Position numbers and translations under genes: made by a program. Under the pieces are notes generated by a model. It was not told the DNA's origin. It saw only the letters and a list, made by a program, of their open reading frames with translations, and ran no database searches. Below are positions 34,196-46,100 of a stretch of 64,000 bases of DNA, piece by piece (position 1 is the stretch's first letter; each line of letters opens with the position of its first letter). This stretch comes from Flectonema sp. DT1601 (lineage: Eukaryota). The DNA lies in contig OZ025796.1 in assembly GCA_964019425.1 (NCBI GenBank), positions 744,001-808,000 on the forward strand, read 5' to 3'.

Positions 34196-34249
<54 letters not shown>

Positions 34250-34279
34250 ACTCCAAAAAGATGAACAATTCCAATTAAA

Positions 34280-35353
34280 TTACATTTTCGAGAGAGAGCT
34301 GGCCTTAAAAGGAAGTTCCATAGATGGATACACACCGTCTCCTCGAAGGTATAAACGATCAGAGTAAACCTCGACGAACCCGTGGGCTGTTTTTACGTCA
34401 GGAGTTACATTCAATGGAGATGGTAGAGTCACATAATGAATCCCTGTATCATCTGAGACATATCCTCCTTTATGATCATGACCAGTAAATACCGCAACCA
34501 CATTATTATGTCTTTGAATAATCGGAAGTACTTCATCGTAGTTCCATATTAGGGTTGTTTCACATGCAGATCCTGGATAGATTGGGACATGTGTGAAAAT
34601 AATAACTTTTTCATTCTTCTTATTGGCATCATCAAGTGTGTTTGACAACCAAGTTAGTTGTTCCTTACGAATACCTCCGTTGTAAGGCATGTATCGAAGT
34701 GATTCTTTTTTTATATTTGCCGACCAGTTAATTCCAGCGTTCCTTCCACCACGGAGATTGTTTGGATTTACCTTCTCAAGCATTTGAAATGTTTGTTCTA
34801 CTTCTGATGGAGTTTCAATATCACAAATAACGTGCTCATCATAGCTGTTGAGTACTACCATTCTCATTCCTTCTACAGTAAAGCTGTGATAGAGTTTACC
34901 ATTAGCTCCAGTAACACCGGGTATTACTTCTTTCATTTTTGTTTCACCAAAGTTATATAATTCGTGATTGCCAACTAAGTGATAGACGGGACACAGTTTT
35001 GCGATCCGAGAGAATTCACCCAACACTTTACCAAGAGATAGCATGCTGTCTCCCTTTGTTTCGTTGATTTGATCAATTATATCACCGAGGTCCATTACAA
35101 ATCTTAAATTAGGTGATGATTGTATCCAGTCATCTACAGCATAGCCTAAAGCTATCAGACTTTCTCGATATCTTCTGAATGACCTGCCGCTGAAGTTTGC
35201 AGCAGAATCAATATCAGCGTATTGTACATCAGCAATGACTCCGAATTGAAATAACATTTCCGATGAGTCTGCCTGCAGTCTACTGCTGGCACTTGCAGCC
35301 ATAACCATTCCAGTGGAGCCAACCATCGCTGCTGCGACTTTTCGAAGTGACAT
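34280..35353 (-). CDS. ADPRM: Mn-dependent ADP-ribose/CDP-alcohol diphosphatase (metallophosphoesterase)
   Basis: FGVIADVQYAD, GDIID, GNHELYNF, YNGGI..EQL.WL, HVP, GHDHKGGY motifs. Confidence 0.9.
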   Translation of the reverse strand: MSLRKVAAAMVGSTGMVMAASASSRLQADSSEMLFQFGVIADVQYADIDSAANFSGRSFRRYRESLIALGYAVDDWIQSSPNLRFVMDLGDIIDQINETKGDSMLSLGKVLGEFSRIAKLCPVYHLVGNHELYNFGETKMKEVIPGVTGANGKLYHSFTVEGMRMVVLNSYDEHVICDIETPSEVEQTFQMLEKVNPNNLRGGRNAGINWSANIKKESLRYMPYNGGIRKEQLTWLSNTLDDANKKNEKVIIFTHVPIYPGSACETTLIWNYDEVLPIIQRHNNVVAVFTGHDHKGGYVSDDTGIHYVTLPSPLNVTPDVKTAHGFVEVYSDRLYLRGDGVYPSMELPFKASSLSKM

Positions 35354-35572
35354 AATAGTGGAGTTCTTTTGAAGGAAAAATATGTTAATTTAGTAAATCA
35401 CCTGACCGTGAAAGACTTGTCACGTTACAAACAATTATTTAAATGACAACTTCAAACAACTAATTACAGACAACTGGCATCACCAGTTTAAATAAAATAA
35501 TCTACGGGAAGGAGAAGGGGAAGGTTGCAAGTCTGGATAACGTAATAATAACAACAGAGTCAAATGATTAAA

Positions 35573-37804
35573 TTAGTAAAGAGTACTAACAATACTACCC
35601 GCACCAGGTGGTGACGGTGCTGTTGGAGGTATACAGCGAGCTGCTGAAGGTGCTGGTGCTGGAGATATGGTTCGAAGATGAGCAACTCGTCTCTCTCTCT
35701 CATCAGACTCTTGAATTAATAATTCTTGTTCTTGTTCCTTTGTTCCTGGTGACAGTGAAGCCGGTCTCTTATTATCATCTTGCAGTTCGATTTCTGTTTC
35801 CCTCGCTCCTTGTGAAGTGAACAACATGGATTGCCCTTCCTGTTCAATTGCAACTTCAGCAGCAAGTTCATTCTCAACCGACTCAGCTCTATCTTGAGCC
35901 TCTTGCAATGTCTTTAAAGCAGCAGTTCTTTCGATATCAATTCTTTCTTGAATTGCAGCGCTGCATTCTTTTGGTGACGTATCCTGGACGTCCTGCAATG
36001 CGCGGAGGTCCATCGCACATTTTTCCATTTCGCGGGCTTCAGAAAGTAGTCGTTCGCACTCAGACTGTTGAGGAGCAGCCGTTGGGGTGACTTCATCCAC
36101 ATTCGAAGTATTTGGACCCGCAGTTGCCATGACATCCTCATTCTCATTACTGGTAGTAATAACTTCAGGTGTTAAATCTGTACCAGTCACAGGGGAGACT
36201 ACTTCTGCATTTTCTGCGGACTCAATGAGTTCATTTAGTGTGTGACTTTCATTCCGTTGCTGCTGCAGCTGTTGGAGTTGCTGTTGGTGTTGCAGCTGTT
36301 GGTGTTTAATACGTTCATGGAGCTCCGTTTCATTTGCTTTGCTTGAATTAAGTTGTTGTTGTGATACGAGTAACTTCTCCTGCAGTTGTTGTTTCACTGC
36401 CTGAGCCTGGACCAAGGCATTCTTATCAGCAGTGGAAGTATTCTTCACGGAGACGAGAGCCTCGTTTTCCTGCGTGAGAACTTCAATCTGTCTCGTCAGG
36501 GAGCCGATGTTAACTTCATTTTCTCGGCATCGCGAGGTGCTGTGCTGTAATTGGGTTTTACAGGAATCAAGTTGCATGTTAGTGTCGATCAGACTTCTTT
36601 CTGTTTCTTGCAATTGCCCCTGCAAGTGATCGATACTAACCAGACGAGTAGTGTTTTCAAGTAGCTGGTCCTTCAGTGAGGCATTCTCCAAACGGGTGTC
36701 TGCTTCAGCTTTTTCGAAGTGTTGCTTCCAGTTTTCGATTGTTGCGATCACTCGATGCTTGTCATCAGCTCGAAGGGCGTCGAGTGTTTTGATTCTTTCA
36801 TTTGATTGTTTCAATGAACTCATGACGTCTTCCTTCTCTTGCATTGCTTCGACTATTCGAAGTTCATTTTCTTGAAGAGCTTCCGTCAGTCGCGTTATCT
36901 CATCTTGAAGTCCTCCAACTTCTTCACTTCTTCTCATCGCGTAGTCGGAGTGCATCTTTGCTATTGTCTTCTTCAATGCTCTTACTTCTTCTTTGTGTGC
37001 TGCTTTCATTGTGGTTATGACTTCTTCGTGTTTATTTATTATATTCTGCTTCTCCAATGCGTATGATCTCGCTGTGTGTGAAACCGCAAGCCTCGCAGTC
37101 GATTGCTGAACGACGTCTTCTCCCTTTTGCGTTGGTCGTCTTTTTGTAGCACCAGTACTTCCTGAACGCCGCTGCGTACCTGAACCTGATCTGGTTGGTC
37201 CTTGAGATGAAGATCTTCGGGTTGCTAAAACAGCTGAAGAAGTTTTCCTTCCGGTTGGAACGAATCGCTGGGCAGTTAAGTGGGCAGGTTGGAATTTCGT
37301 GCCCGTAGTGGTGGTTGTAGCGGCCTGCTGCTGCTGCTGCTGTCTGAGTTGTTGCTGGGCGGCTGTCAACCCGCTAGTGACGGCCGCTGTAGTCTGCTGG
37401 CTCCTCAAAAGAAGTTGTTGCTGCATATCAGTTACCTGTTCTGCTGATATCAAATGTGGAGGTGACATGTGTGGTAATTGAATTAGTGCCCTCGGAGGTG
37501 ATGACAAGTTCCTTATTTCAGTTGCTGAGGTTGGAGGAGGAAGTGGAACGTTGTGTGGAACTGCAACAGCTTTCACATTCGTCTGCTGAGTATCTAATGA
37601 AGTATGATAACGAGGAGGACTCGATGTTGTTGGAGGATACAATTCAACTGAAGGAGCAATTCCTCTGCCAGTTTCTTCCGGCAACTGCGGAACAGCTGCT
37701 GGCGCCACGAGTGCTGCTTCTGAATTCCGTTCTACAGAGGCTGGTCCTCCAATCTTCCACAATAACTCGGGTACGGGTATTGGTATTGGTACAGAGCTTT
37801 CCAT
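35573..37804 (-). CDS. Hypothetical long coiled-coil protein with Pro/Gln-rich N-terminus
   Basis: 743-aa ORF, heptad-rich E/Q/K/L central region. Confidence 0.7.
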   Translation of the reverse strand: MESSVPIPIPVPELLWKIGGPASVERNSEAALVAPAAVPQLPEETGRGIAPSVELYPPTTSSPPRYHTSLDTQQTNVKAVAVPHNVPLPPPTSATEIRNLSSPPRALIQLPHMSPPHLISAEQVTDMQQQLLLRSQQTTAAVTSGLTAAQQQLRQQQQQQAATTTTTGTKFQPAHLTAQRFVPTGRKTSSAVLATRRSSSQGPTRSGSGTQRRSGSTGATKRRPTQKGEDVVQQSTARLAVSHTARSYALEKQNIINKHEEVITTMKAAHKEEVRALKKTIAKMHSDYAMRRSEEVGGLQDEITRLTEALQENELRIVEAMQEKEDVMSSLKQSNERIKTLDALRADDKHRVIATIENWKQHFEKAEADTRLENASLKDQLLENTTRLVSIDHLQGQLQETERSLIDTNMQLDSCKTQLQHSTSRCRENEVNIGSLTRQIEVLTQENEALVSVKNTSTADKNALVQAQAVKQQLQEKLLVSQQQLNSSKANETELHERIKHQQLQHQQQLQQLQQQRNESHTLNELIESAENAEVVSPVTGTDLTPEVITTSNENEDVMATAGPNTSNVDEVTPTAAPQQSECERLLSEAREMEKCAMDLRALQDVQDTSPKECSAAIQERIDIERTAALKTLQEAQDRAESVENELAAEVAIEQEGQSMLFTSQGARETEIELQDDNKRPASLSPGTKEQEQELLIQESDERERRVAHLRTISPAPAPSAARCIPPTAPSPPGAGSIVSTLY

Positions 37805-38023
37805 TTTTGTTATCCTTTCGAGAAAGAAAATAAATTAAACACAAACAGCGGGAACGATCTAATGCACTGAGACTTCATTTTCTAAAAATATTTTAATTTT
37901 TGTACTGCTAAGAAATTAAACAAAAGTCAGATATTTCAAGTAGCAATCTCATCACACGATGTGGTTCGTGTCTCACACTTAACTAAGGTTAGAAAGGGTA
38001 GATCATCTAAATGTAATACTTCG

Positions 38024-38926
38024 CTACGTACTATTTAATGAGCGATTTATTATCTCTTCACGTTTTGCGAGTGATTTGGGATCGGCAGCTTCGTGTGCGG
38101 CCTTTCCAATGTTTCCATGAAGCGGATTAGGTTCATCGAGTTGTATTAAGACAGACTTATCAACATTTATAGCAGCAGGTGAAGACTGGTAGTCATCAAC
38201 ATCTTCCTGACTACCTGCTGGTTTTGGATCCGGAGTTGAAGTCGATCTGTGTAATGAAGTAGATCGTTGTCTACGAGGTTTAATGTTATGAAGAATTGGA
38301 AGATTTCTAAACATGTCTGCCCCACCCTGGTAGGCGCATATTATTTCACAAGTGAAGGGTCGGTGAGAGCAGCCGAATGTTATTTTATTAGATCCACATT
38401 CACATAATCCTGAAGATCCGTTTGGAATAGTTTCATTACAAAACTTATCGTGAGAAGGTTCTAGATGACCACCAGTAGCATCACAATTTCCAGTTTGTCT
38501 CCAGCCTTTACAATCAGCATCACAGATAGATCTACAAGTTGCAGCTACTGCAGTTGGTTGGAATCCTTCACAACCAGAATTTAGTTTTCGACCTTTTCGT
38601 TCACAGTCACAGAATCCTGAACTGCCTTCAGGTATTTCAGCATCACATCCTTTTGTTCCTTTTATGTTCCCCCAGTGGCTTCTGTTTCCTACTTTCATAC
38701 AAGTAGCTGTTCTCCATGCTATGCAACCCGGTCTATGAAATGGAACCAACGTGAACATAACTTCTAATTTCTTAGCGTGTGGATTCTCTTTCGCACCATC
38801 TGCATTACCAGAATGTCTGATGTTCAGCGCCAGAAGACTTTCAACTAACAGAACTCCAACACATATCAATGACAGTACACCGACAGTTACTCTTACTCGG
38901 TTAGTGGATTGAGGTCTCACCGGCAT
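38024..38926 (-). CDS. Type II membrane protein with two Cys-rich WRxT repeats
   Basis: N-terminal TM; CIAWRTATC..C...IPEGSSGFCDC..GC..TC..IC and CKGWRQTGNC..C...IPNGSSGLCEC..GC..TC..IC. Confidence 0.75.
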   Translation of the reverse strand: MPVRPQSTNRVRVTVGVLSLICVGVLLVESLLALNIRHSGNADGAKENPHAKKLEVMFTLVPFHRPGCIAWRTATCMKVGNRSHWGNIKGTKGCDAEIPEGSSGFCDCERKGRKLNSGCEGFQPTAVAATCRSICDADCKGWRQTGNCDATGGHLEPSHDKFCNETIPNGSSGLCECGSNKITFGCSHRPFTCEIICAYQGGADMFRNLPILHNIKPRRQRSTSLHRSTSTPDPKPAGSQEDVDDYQSSPAAINVDKSVLIQLDEPNPLHGNIGKAAHEAADPKSLAKREEIINRSLNST

Positions 38927-39775
38927 CTTCCGGTTTTCAGCTCCTCACCTGATGTGAATAAAATAAAGTAAATAAGTAAATTTGAGTGATGTGGTATTAA
39001 TACGAAACTCTTTGTTACGAACATCAGAGTGACACAAAAAGAGAACGGAAGCAATAAATTGAATGAAACAGTGAACAGAAACGTTACTCAAAGTAACATC
39101 CTGGAGTGTGTGCCAGTTGTTAGCAGAAGAAAAAGAGAGAGCATGGAAATAAGAAAAAAGAAACTACATTTGTGAAAATGTTGTTCACGTAGTCACAATT
39201 TCAATCACGGTAACCATAAATAAAAAACGTGTGCTTTTCTTTTGCTGTGGTTGCAGTGACTATGTGAGATTGCGACGGTTATTGAGTGTTCTTCAAAAAA
39301 TGGAATTAAAATAAGAATGTCACCCAGACGACGTCTTTACCAACTGACCAGTACGACGCGTGCGTGCGTAACTAGAAAACACTAGCGGGTCTACACAACA
39401 CGAATGCATTTTCTACATCGCAATTTAAATGTAGAAATGCATTGCGACTATCAGATTAGTAACGTCATCGGCAACAAAAAGAATAAGTACAAGTAACACC
39501 TCCATTAGAGGAATAGAAAAGTTGACAAGGACAAGGTGAGGAGGTTTGTCATCCTTTTGCGACTTCGTCACAAAAGCTGAGAGAGAACCCTCTTAATTTA
39601 GTTGTGAGGATCCAACAATAAAATAAATAAATAAAAATAATCGCCATCTTAACATCATATTGTAAGTAATCGCAATCCGTACAGACTATAGAGAGTTAGA
39701 AGAGAGGTTTGTGTTACTAAGAAAAAATGTTGCTTTCCCGCGCTTTTCAGAAACAGGACATAACTGATAAACCGA

Positions 39776-40522
39776 CTATAGATCTGGGCTTACAGAAGTA
39801 ATTTGTTTTGAGTCGTCCATTTCATTTGCAGGTGGAGGTAGTCCAGTTTGTTGTTGAGAATGACCAGCTTCGAAATCGACTTTCACAATATGAGGTTTTT
39901 GTGGTTTACAACAACAAAAATAAGACGCAACGACAATCAAAACTAAAATAAGAAATCCAATAACACTGCAGACGATAGCGATAGTCTTACAATCTCCATC
40001 ACAGATACCATCAGCAGTCAATGAGATGTGTGTTATTGGTGGTGATGGGGTCGGAGCGATATATATGGCACCAGTATTTTTAAAAAGACCATTTGGATTC
40101 TGAAGCTCTGATTGAATATTCGACAAGGCTAAACCACTATCACTACCTTCATTCATGACTAAGAAATATTCGACGGTTGACTTCAATGATAACGTTGATA
40201 TTCTCCTTTTAAAAGTACTGTCGTCTGTGTCAACACATCCTGCAGCAATGCGTTCCTCAGAATTACCAAAACACTCGGATGTTGTGCACTTGTTAAAAGG
40301 ACATGCAAACATCATAGCAACACGTGAGACTAATTGTGAATTCTTATTTGCTGAATTCAAAATAGCTGAATCTAATTTTGAAAAAGAAATATCAGACGGA
40401 CTCAAATAAACAACAACCGATTTCCTAATAGCTTCCCCCTCATAGAAATACGTCGGCAACGGAGTATCAACGGATGCTTCACAAATACCAACTGCTACAG
40501 CAAGCGACAACAATTTAAACAT
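39776..40522 (-). CDS. Type I membrane protein (signal peptide, single TM, Cys cluster)
   Basis: MFKLLSLAVAVGICEA signal-like; TM IAIVCSVIGFLILVLIVVASYF followed by CCC. Confidence 0.75.
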   Translation of the reverse strand: MFKLLSLAVAVGICEASVDTPLPTYFYEGEAIRKSVVVYLSPSDISFSKLDSAILNSANKNSQLVSRVAMMFACPFNKCTTSECFGNSEERIAAGCVDTDDSTFKRRISTLSLKSTVEYFLVMNEGSDSGLALSNIQSELQNPNGLFKNTGAIYIAPTPSPPITHISLTADGICDGDCKTIAIVCSVIGFLILVLIVVASYFCCCKPQKPHIVKVDFEAGHSQQQTGLPPPANEMDDSKQITSVSPDL

Positions 40523-40689
40523 TTCTTTTTAAAAGTTTTTTGTGTTTTGTAGTAAATAAATATAACCTGTAGAGGGGTAAAGATGAGTGAGTAGTTTCAA
40601 CGGATCAACTTTTTCAGAATAATTCCGCAGTTTGTTGCTTTCCTTGGGCTAGATTTTAGAATATTAAGTGCGGGGTTTGTCTGGATACA

Positions 40690-41188
40690 TTACCTTGCAG
40701 CAGCTTCCACTTCCATCCTCTGTTTCAGTTGTTGGAGTTCTACAGTACCTATAGGTTTGATAATATCAGAGAGTAGTTCCGCCTTACTCCTGTTTGTACA
40801 CGGTCCAGTAAAAGCCCAGTAGCCAGCAGAGACAGACCCGTATACCTGTTTGAGAAAAGACACATAGATGTCGTCTGATAAGTTGAGTAATAACATACTT
40901 TAGGATGGGAGAAGTGAATAACGCTGCTATTATCTTTAATCATAAGCACTTCTGAAATGTCTGGGATGGACATGAGTCCCATTCTTTTCAATCCCAACAA
41001 CAGTTTTGTTTCAACATCATCTTTTCGAACCTTTCGGTGGGTTCTTCTGACTGCTCCACCAGTGTGGGAGATCTCAGCCTGTAAAAAAAAGTTTACTAAT
41101 TTTTTTTTTTTTTTTTTTAAATAACAATCAACCACTCGAAAGGAACCCATACCATTTTTTGTAATTTCTCCTTCGTCATACCCGTCAT
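40690..41188 (-). CDS. BTF3: Divergent beta-NAC/BTF3, three exons (41188-41153, 41078-40899, 40845-40690)
   Basis: MTGMTKEKLQKM/AEISHTGGAVRRTHRKV..EVLMIKDNSSVIHFSHPK/VYGS..AFTG..ELLSDII; GT-AG introns 41079-41152 and 40846-40898. Confidence 0.85.
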
Positions 41189-41676
41189 TATTTTATTATT
41201 TCCCTGAACTGAATATTATATAAATAAATATAAAAGTTTAGTCGTGAGTACTTAGTACCCGTCAACAGGCAAATCCTTTGTTAGATGTTTTGAATTTGAG
41301 GTCAGGAGTTTCCTCTGAGAAAGTGGGGTAACTTGCAACTAATATTAAATGGAAAGCAACTTGAAACTGGCTAAAACGAAAATAGGGTTCGGCCTAGTTG
41401 CAATATAAGAAAATCAACATTTGGTATCAATAAAAAATCCCATATCACTGAGAAAGTGGGGGGAGAATTATGGTTTCTGTCCCTAATAATAAAAAGCATT
41501 ACTTAATTATTTTTCTTTTTTTTTTTGGATTTTCTTCTTTTTTGTTTTTTTGTTGCACATGTTCTCTTCTTATTGAAACCTCACGCAAATAGATGTCAGA
41601 ATACCGAGATCTTTGGACAACAAAATCAGCCCCTCCCGTACTTCGGCTACCTGACGAGGCACACTACAGGAACACT

Positions 41677-42066
41677 CTATGCCTCTGGCTCGGCGGCGGC
41701 ATCCTCGGCCTTTACTCTCTTGGAAGCTCCAGAGATGACGAAGGTGTTGCTCTGTGGGGATGCCTGAACCTGTTTATAATTAAGTAATGATTAGTATAAA
41801 AGACAAAGCAAACTACTTATCAAATCAAATGACTTGCATACCTTCGAGTTGGTGAATCTGATAACGTCACCCGACTCCATGGTGATGTCAACCTCGTTAA
41901 CATCAATTGGGGTCATTCCCATCTTTCTGAAGGTTCCCTGAAGCTTGGTGTCCTCAGGCTCGCTGGTCTTACGGACAGCCTTGTGCCTTCTTCTTACATT
42001 TCCTCCGGTGCGGGAAGCAGCGGCGATTCTCTCCAACTTCTCTCTAGTCATTCCGGTTCCGACCAT
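41677..42066 (-). CDS. BTF3: beta-NAC/BTF3 short form, two exons (42066-41842, 41769-41677)
   Basis: EKLERIAAASRTGGNVRRRHK..DTKLQ..VIRFTNSK/VQASPQSNTFVISG; intron 41770-41841. Confidence 0.9.
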
Positions 42067-42536
42067 TTTGATGTGTTAGAAGTTTTAAGGCTGAGCGAAA
42101 TGATGAACTCCAGGTGTTGAATTACAATAATAAGAATTTCGAAAACTGCTCAACTTAAAAAAAATAGGACTTTTGCAATTCAAGAACTTCGCCTCCACAA
42201 CACCCCGTCAGGAGAAACTCCAAAAAAATGAAACCGAATGGGGGAGTTCAGTACCGTACTCAGTTTCTTAAGGCAAGTAATCACACGGGGTTTGGAATAC
42301 TTAGCAACCCTTTGGTGATAATTATGATAATAATAAAGTCATATCTGAAAATACCTTTTTAGGGTCGCGAAGTAATTGACTGCGCAAGGATTTCCTGACT
42401 TGTGATGGCTACGACTCTCTTAACTCTGGGGATGGGATTAGCACTTCAATAACAACAACAACTCAAGGCTCAGTAGTATTGTTTTCTAGTCTGCGTTGCA
42501 GTCACTTTCTGATGATTTGAGGCCAACGAAACGAGT

Positions 42537-42937
42537 TTATGCCTCTGGCTGCTCAGCAGCAACATCATCAGCCTTAACTCTCTTGGATGATCCAGAGATG
42601 ACGAAGGTGTTGCTCTGTGGGGAGGCCTGGACCTGTTTGTTTTTATTTGATTTTAAATTCCAACGAAACATAATACAGATTACAGTCAACCTTATAACAG
42701 ATGATTTCATACCTTCGAGTTGGTGAATCTGATAACGTCACCCGACTCCATGGTGATGTCAACCTCGTTAACATCAATTGGGGTCATTCCCATCTTTCTG
42801 AAGGTTCCCTGAAGCTTGGTGTCCTCAGGCTCGCTGGTCTTACGGACAGCCTTGTGCCTTCTTCTTACATTTCCTCCGGTGCGGGAAGCAGCGGCGATTC
42901 TCTCCAGCTTCTCTCTAGTCATTCCGGTTCCAGGCAT
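42537..42937 (-). CDS. BTF3: beta-NAC/BTF3 short form, two exons (42937-42713, 42632-42537)
   Basis: Exon 1 almost identical to the 41842-42066 copy; intron 42633-42712; exon 2 VQASPQSNTFVISG...QPEA*. Confidence 0.9.
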
Positions 42938-43141
42938 TTTGATGTGTTAGAAGTTTTTAGGCTGAGTGAGGTGAATGAAATGACGTCAACGAGAAGTAAA
43001 TCAAAAGAACAAACTGAACGAAACAAATTCCGTCACAAAAAAACAAATTCTATTACTAATTCGTGTGTTTAAAACAGATGGACAGTTCTATTACCCTTCA
43101 GGGCTATCAGACAGATGGCAGTACCAATCACACAGTTCGAA

Positions 43142-46100
43142 CTATTTCTTATCCCGACGAAAGAACGCAAATCTGTCTTTTGGTTTTTGGGCTGCGACTG
43201 GAGCAGCAGCAGGTGGGGGGTTTGGGTTGCGGCGTTCAATATCTGCAGCAGTCTTCAACATTGATTCAAACTGTGACTCAAACAGAGATAGCGTCAAGTT
43301 ATCGGGTTCACAGAGTTGTTTTATTTGATGAACATCATCTCGTAAATTTATAACCGACTGAGACTTTCTTAATATCGACTCCGAGTTGACAATTCGACGG
43401 CATAACTGCGACAAACAGGCGTCTACATCACCAACTTCAACAGATTGCATTCTCTTACTGAGTAAGTTTGGTAACATTGCTGTTCGTTTCTTCCAAACAT
43501 TTGAAAGAAAAACTTTCAAATCCGTCAGCGGAGTGTGGGCGCCGACACTCTTAAAAGGATCTGGTGACCACTGAACAGGAGTTAGGGCATCCATGAAGTT
43601 CTTTATTCTTGAGTGAAGCATTCGGATACTTCCCTGCTCTAATCGAGATTGACAGTCTCTGAGACGACGTCGGGCACTTGAGAATACGCGAAGCCTTCCA
43701 TTGTCGTCAATGTAATTCGAACTCGCACGTTGAGCAAATCCTCTCGATAACGATAGAGCTGCAGCATCATATGCCCCAGCGTTAACTGATTGCATGCAGA
43801 TTTGCATCGCATAAATCTGTGACAGGGACAGCTTACCAGCTCGTTCATCCAGTTGGCATGCGACGTGTCGGAGAAGTGATTCAATTTGTCCTCTCACTTC
43901 ATCATCAACATCACCACTTCCTCTGGTTATGATAAAAGAAGCGTCTAAAGCAGCAGTAAGAACATCCATCACTTGTAATACGGTACTACAACACTTACCA
44001 CCATTTGATAAATGAAGAAAGTATTTCTTACAAAGAGCTTCCGGATCATGAGATATCATTGGACTAGGTGGTTGGTTCATACCTGGCAGTGAGTTCTTCT
44101 TCTTGATACCCTGACTTGATCCTGGTGCAGGTTCAGGTTGTTCAGGATTGTAAGGAATGACTAGTTGATATTTATCTTTTCCCATTATTTCTACGATGTC
44201 GTGCATTGCTTTGAAATGGAGCTTCTCCATAGCTGCTTTCCTAACAGATACGATTCCTTCATATAAAGGATCAAGTCGATAACTGCAATCACCTGCGACT
44301 GCCCAAAGTTCTTCGAGTGCGACTGCTAACTCATGGCAACGTTCTTTCAATGCGAGTAGTTCTTCCCATCTTGTGACTTCTGCTGCTGCGCGTTCCAACC
44401 ATGTTTGTAAAACCTGAACTGTTTGATCCCAGAATCCAAGGACGTGGAATTCTTGAACTAGAGGTGGGTACGTACTCTGCGCTACAATCAGGTCGACTAA
44501 AAAAAAACCCGCCAGCCCTGCCAACCACTTGGGTGACATAACGTCTTGAAGACTTTTTGGAGACTGCAGTCGGAGTTGTAACTGCCTCTGTCGATTTGTT
44601 AAATAATATTGTCGCAGAGTATCTAATCCATGAGTTGGGTCTAAACAACTCATGACACAGATGTTTTGATGAACTACTTTAAATGTAATTTCAGAACTGG
44701 TTGAATTCAATGGAGCAGAGGGAGCATCTTCAACACTACTGGCAGGTGTTGCTGGTGTAGTTGGTGTTTGTGGAGGGCTGCCAGAATGGGAGGAGTCATC
44801 TTCAGCTTTTGAGTTTTGAGGAACAATTAACATATCCGTCAGGGCGGCAAGAAACTGTGCTGCCCCGCGGAGTGATGAGCTTCGAGTGTTGTCGCTGATT
44901 CGAACATCCCAAACCAGATCATCAGCCCAATCGTCTTCGTGATCAGAAACAGAGTTTGCTGATGTTTCTGTTCCGTCTGTTGTAGCACCAGATCCTCCTC
45001 CTCTATGAGAAGCAATATCAAACATACTCGATAACCTCCTCCCAAGTCTTGGTCTTGGACCTGCACGTTGTTGAGGTAATGTGTAGTCATCGAAAGTATC
45101 AACAAGTTCAATCTCTCTGAAGGTACTTTTATCAAAAGCCACAATTCTTTCTCTAGCCCAGGCTAATGCTTTAGCACCGATAGGGTCAGCCATCACTCTG
45201 GCTGAACTCATCCATTTATTGAAGTCCTGATGGATTTCAGTTTTAATTTTCTTACGAAGTTCTGGTATCGCCTGTTCGAAGACCCATTTCCCATACTCGT
45301 GTCTTAATAGAGGGCGGACTTTAAACTCTAAATCATCTAATGTTAAGACTGCGGGATAGAACTTCCTTTCACTCACAAACTTTTCAGCTTTCGTGTGAAG
45401 GGCTGCTGCAGACTGACACATTTCGATGTGTGATATGGCATCTTTTATATTTTTGTACTCAAGTTGGTATTTTCTAACACCAGCACCAGCAACAAGAAGA
45501 GCTTCAGTACGAGAGCTAACTCTGTCAGATATATCTGCGACGTCTCTGTGTAGTGCTTGTGAGACACCAGGCTTTACTGCTTCACAGTCTTGAACTGCTT
45601 CAAAGAATGTGGAAGCAGATGTGCTGACGACATTTTCAACTTCTTCGTCTCGTGAGCGGAGGAACTGGGAAAGTTGATTAATAAGAGAGACGGAAGTCTC
45701 ATAATTATCAGAATCTTGTGGATATATTGATCTAATTCCCTGGTAGTCCATATCGTCAGCAGCAACGATGTTCTGAATTAAGAAATCGAACTGCTTTGAT
45801 TGTCGTTTTTGCTTATTATGATCATCTGCATTAACGTGCTTCCTACGAGGTTCTGTAGGAGGTCTTGAGTATGTTAAAGGTGTCTGGGATGGTGTAAACT
45901 TTGGTGATGGTTTCTTTTTAACATCAATCGGAGCTGATAATTTCTGTGCTAAGTCTTTAATGGTAGCAGTCGCATCAACCAAACCCTTCCTCTCACCATG
46001 CATTGTAAATAAGGGTTCCCCTTTCTTGTTTGTAACATAAAGCTTTCCCGCATCAAGTTTAAGTGCAATGCTATCAAGCGAGAATTTCTTTATAACTTCA

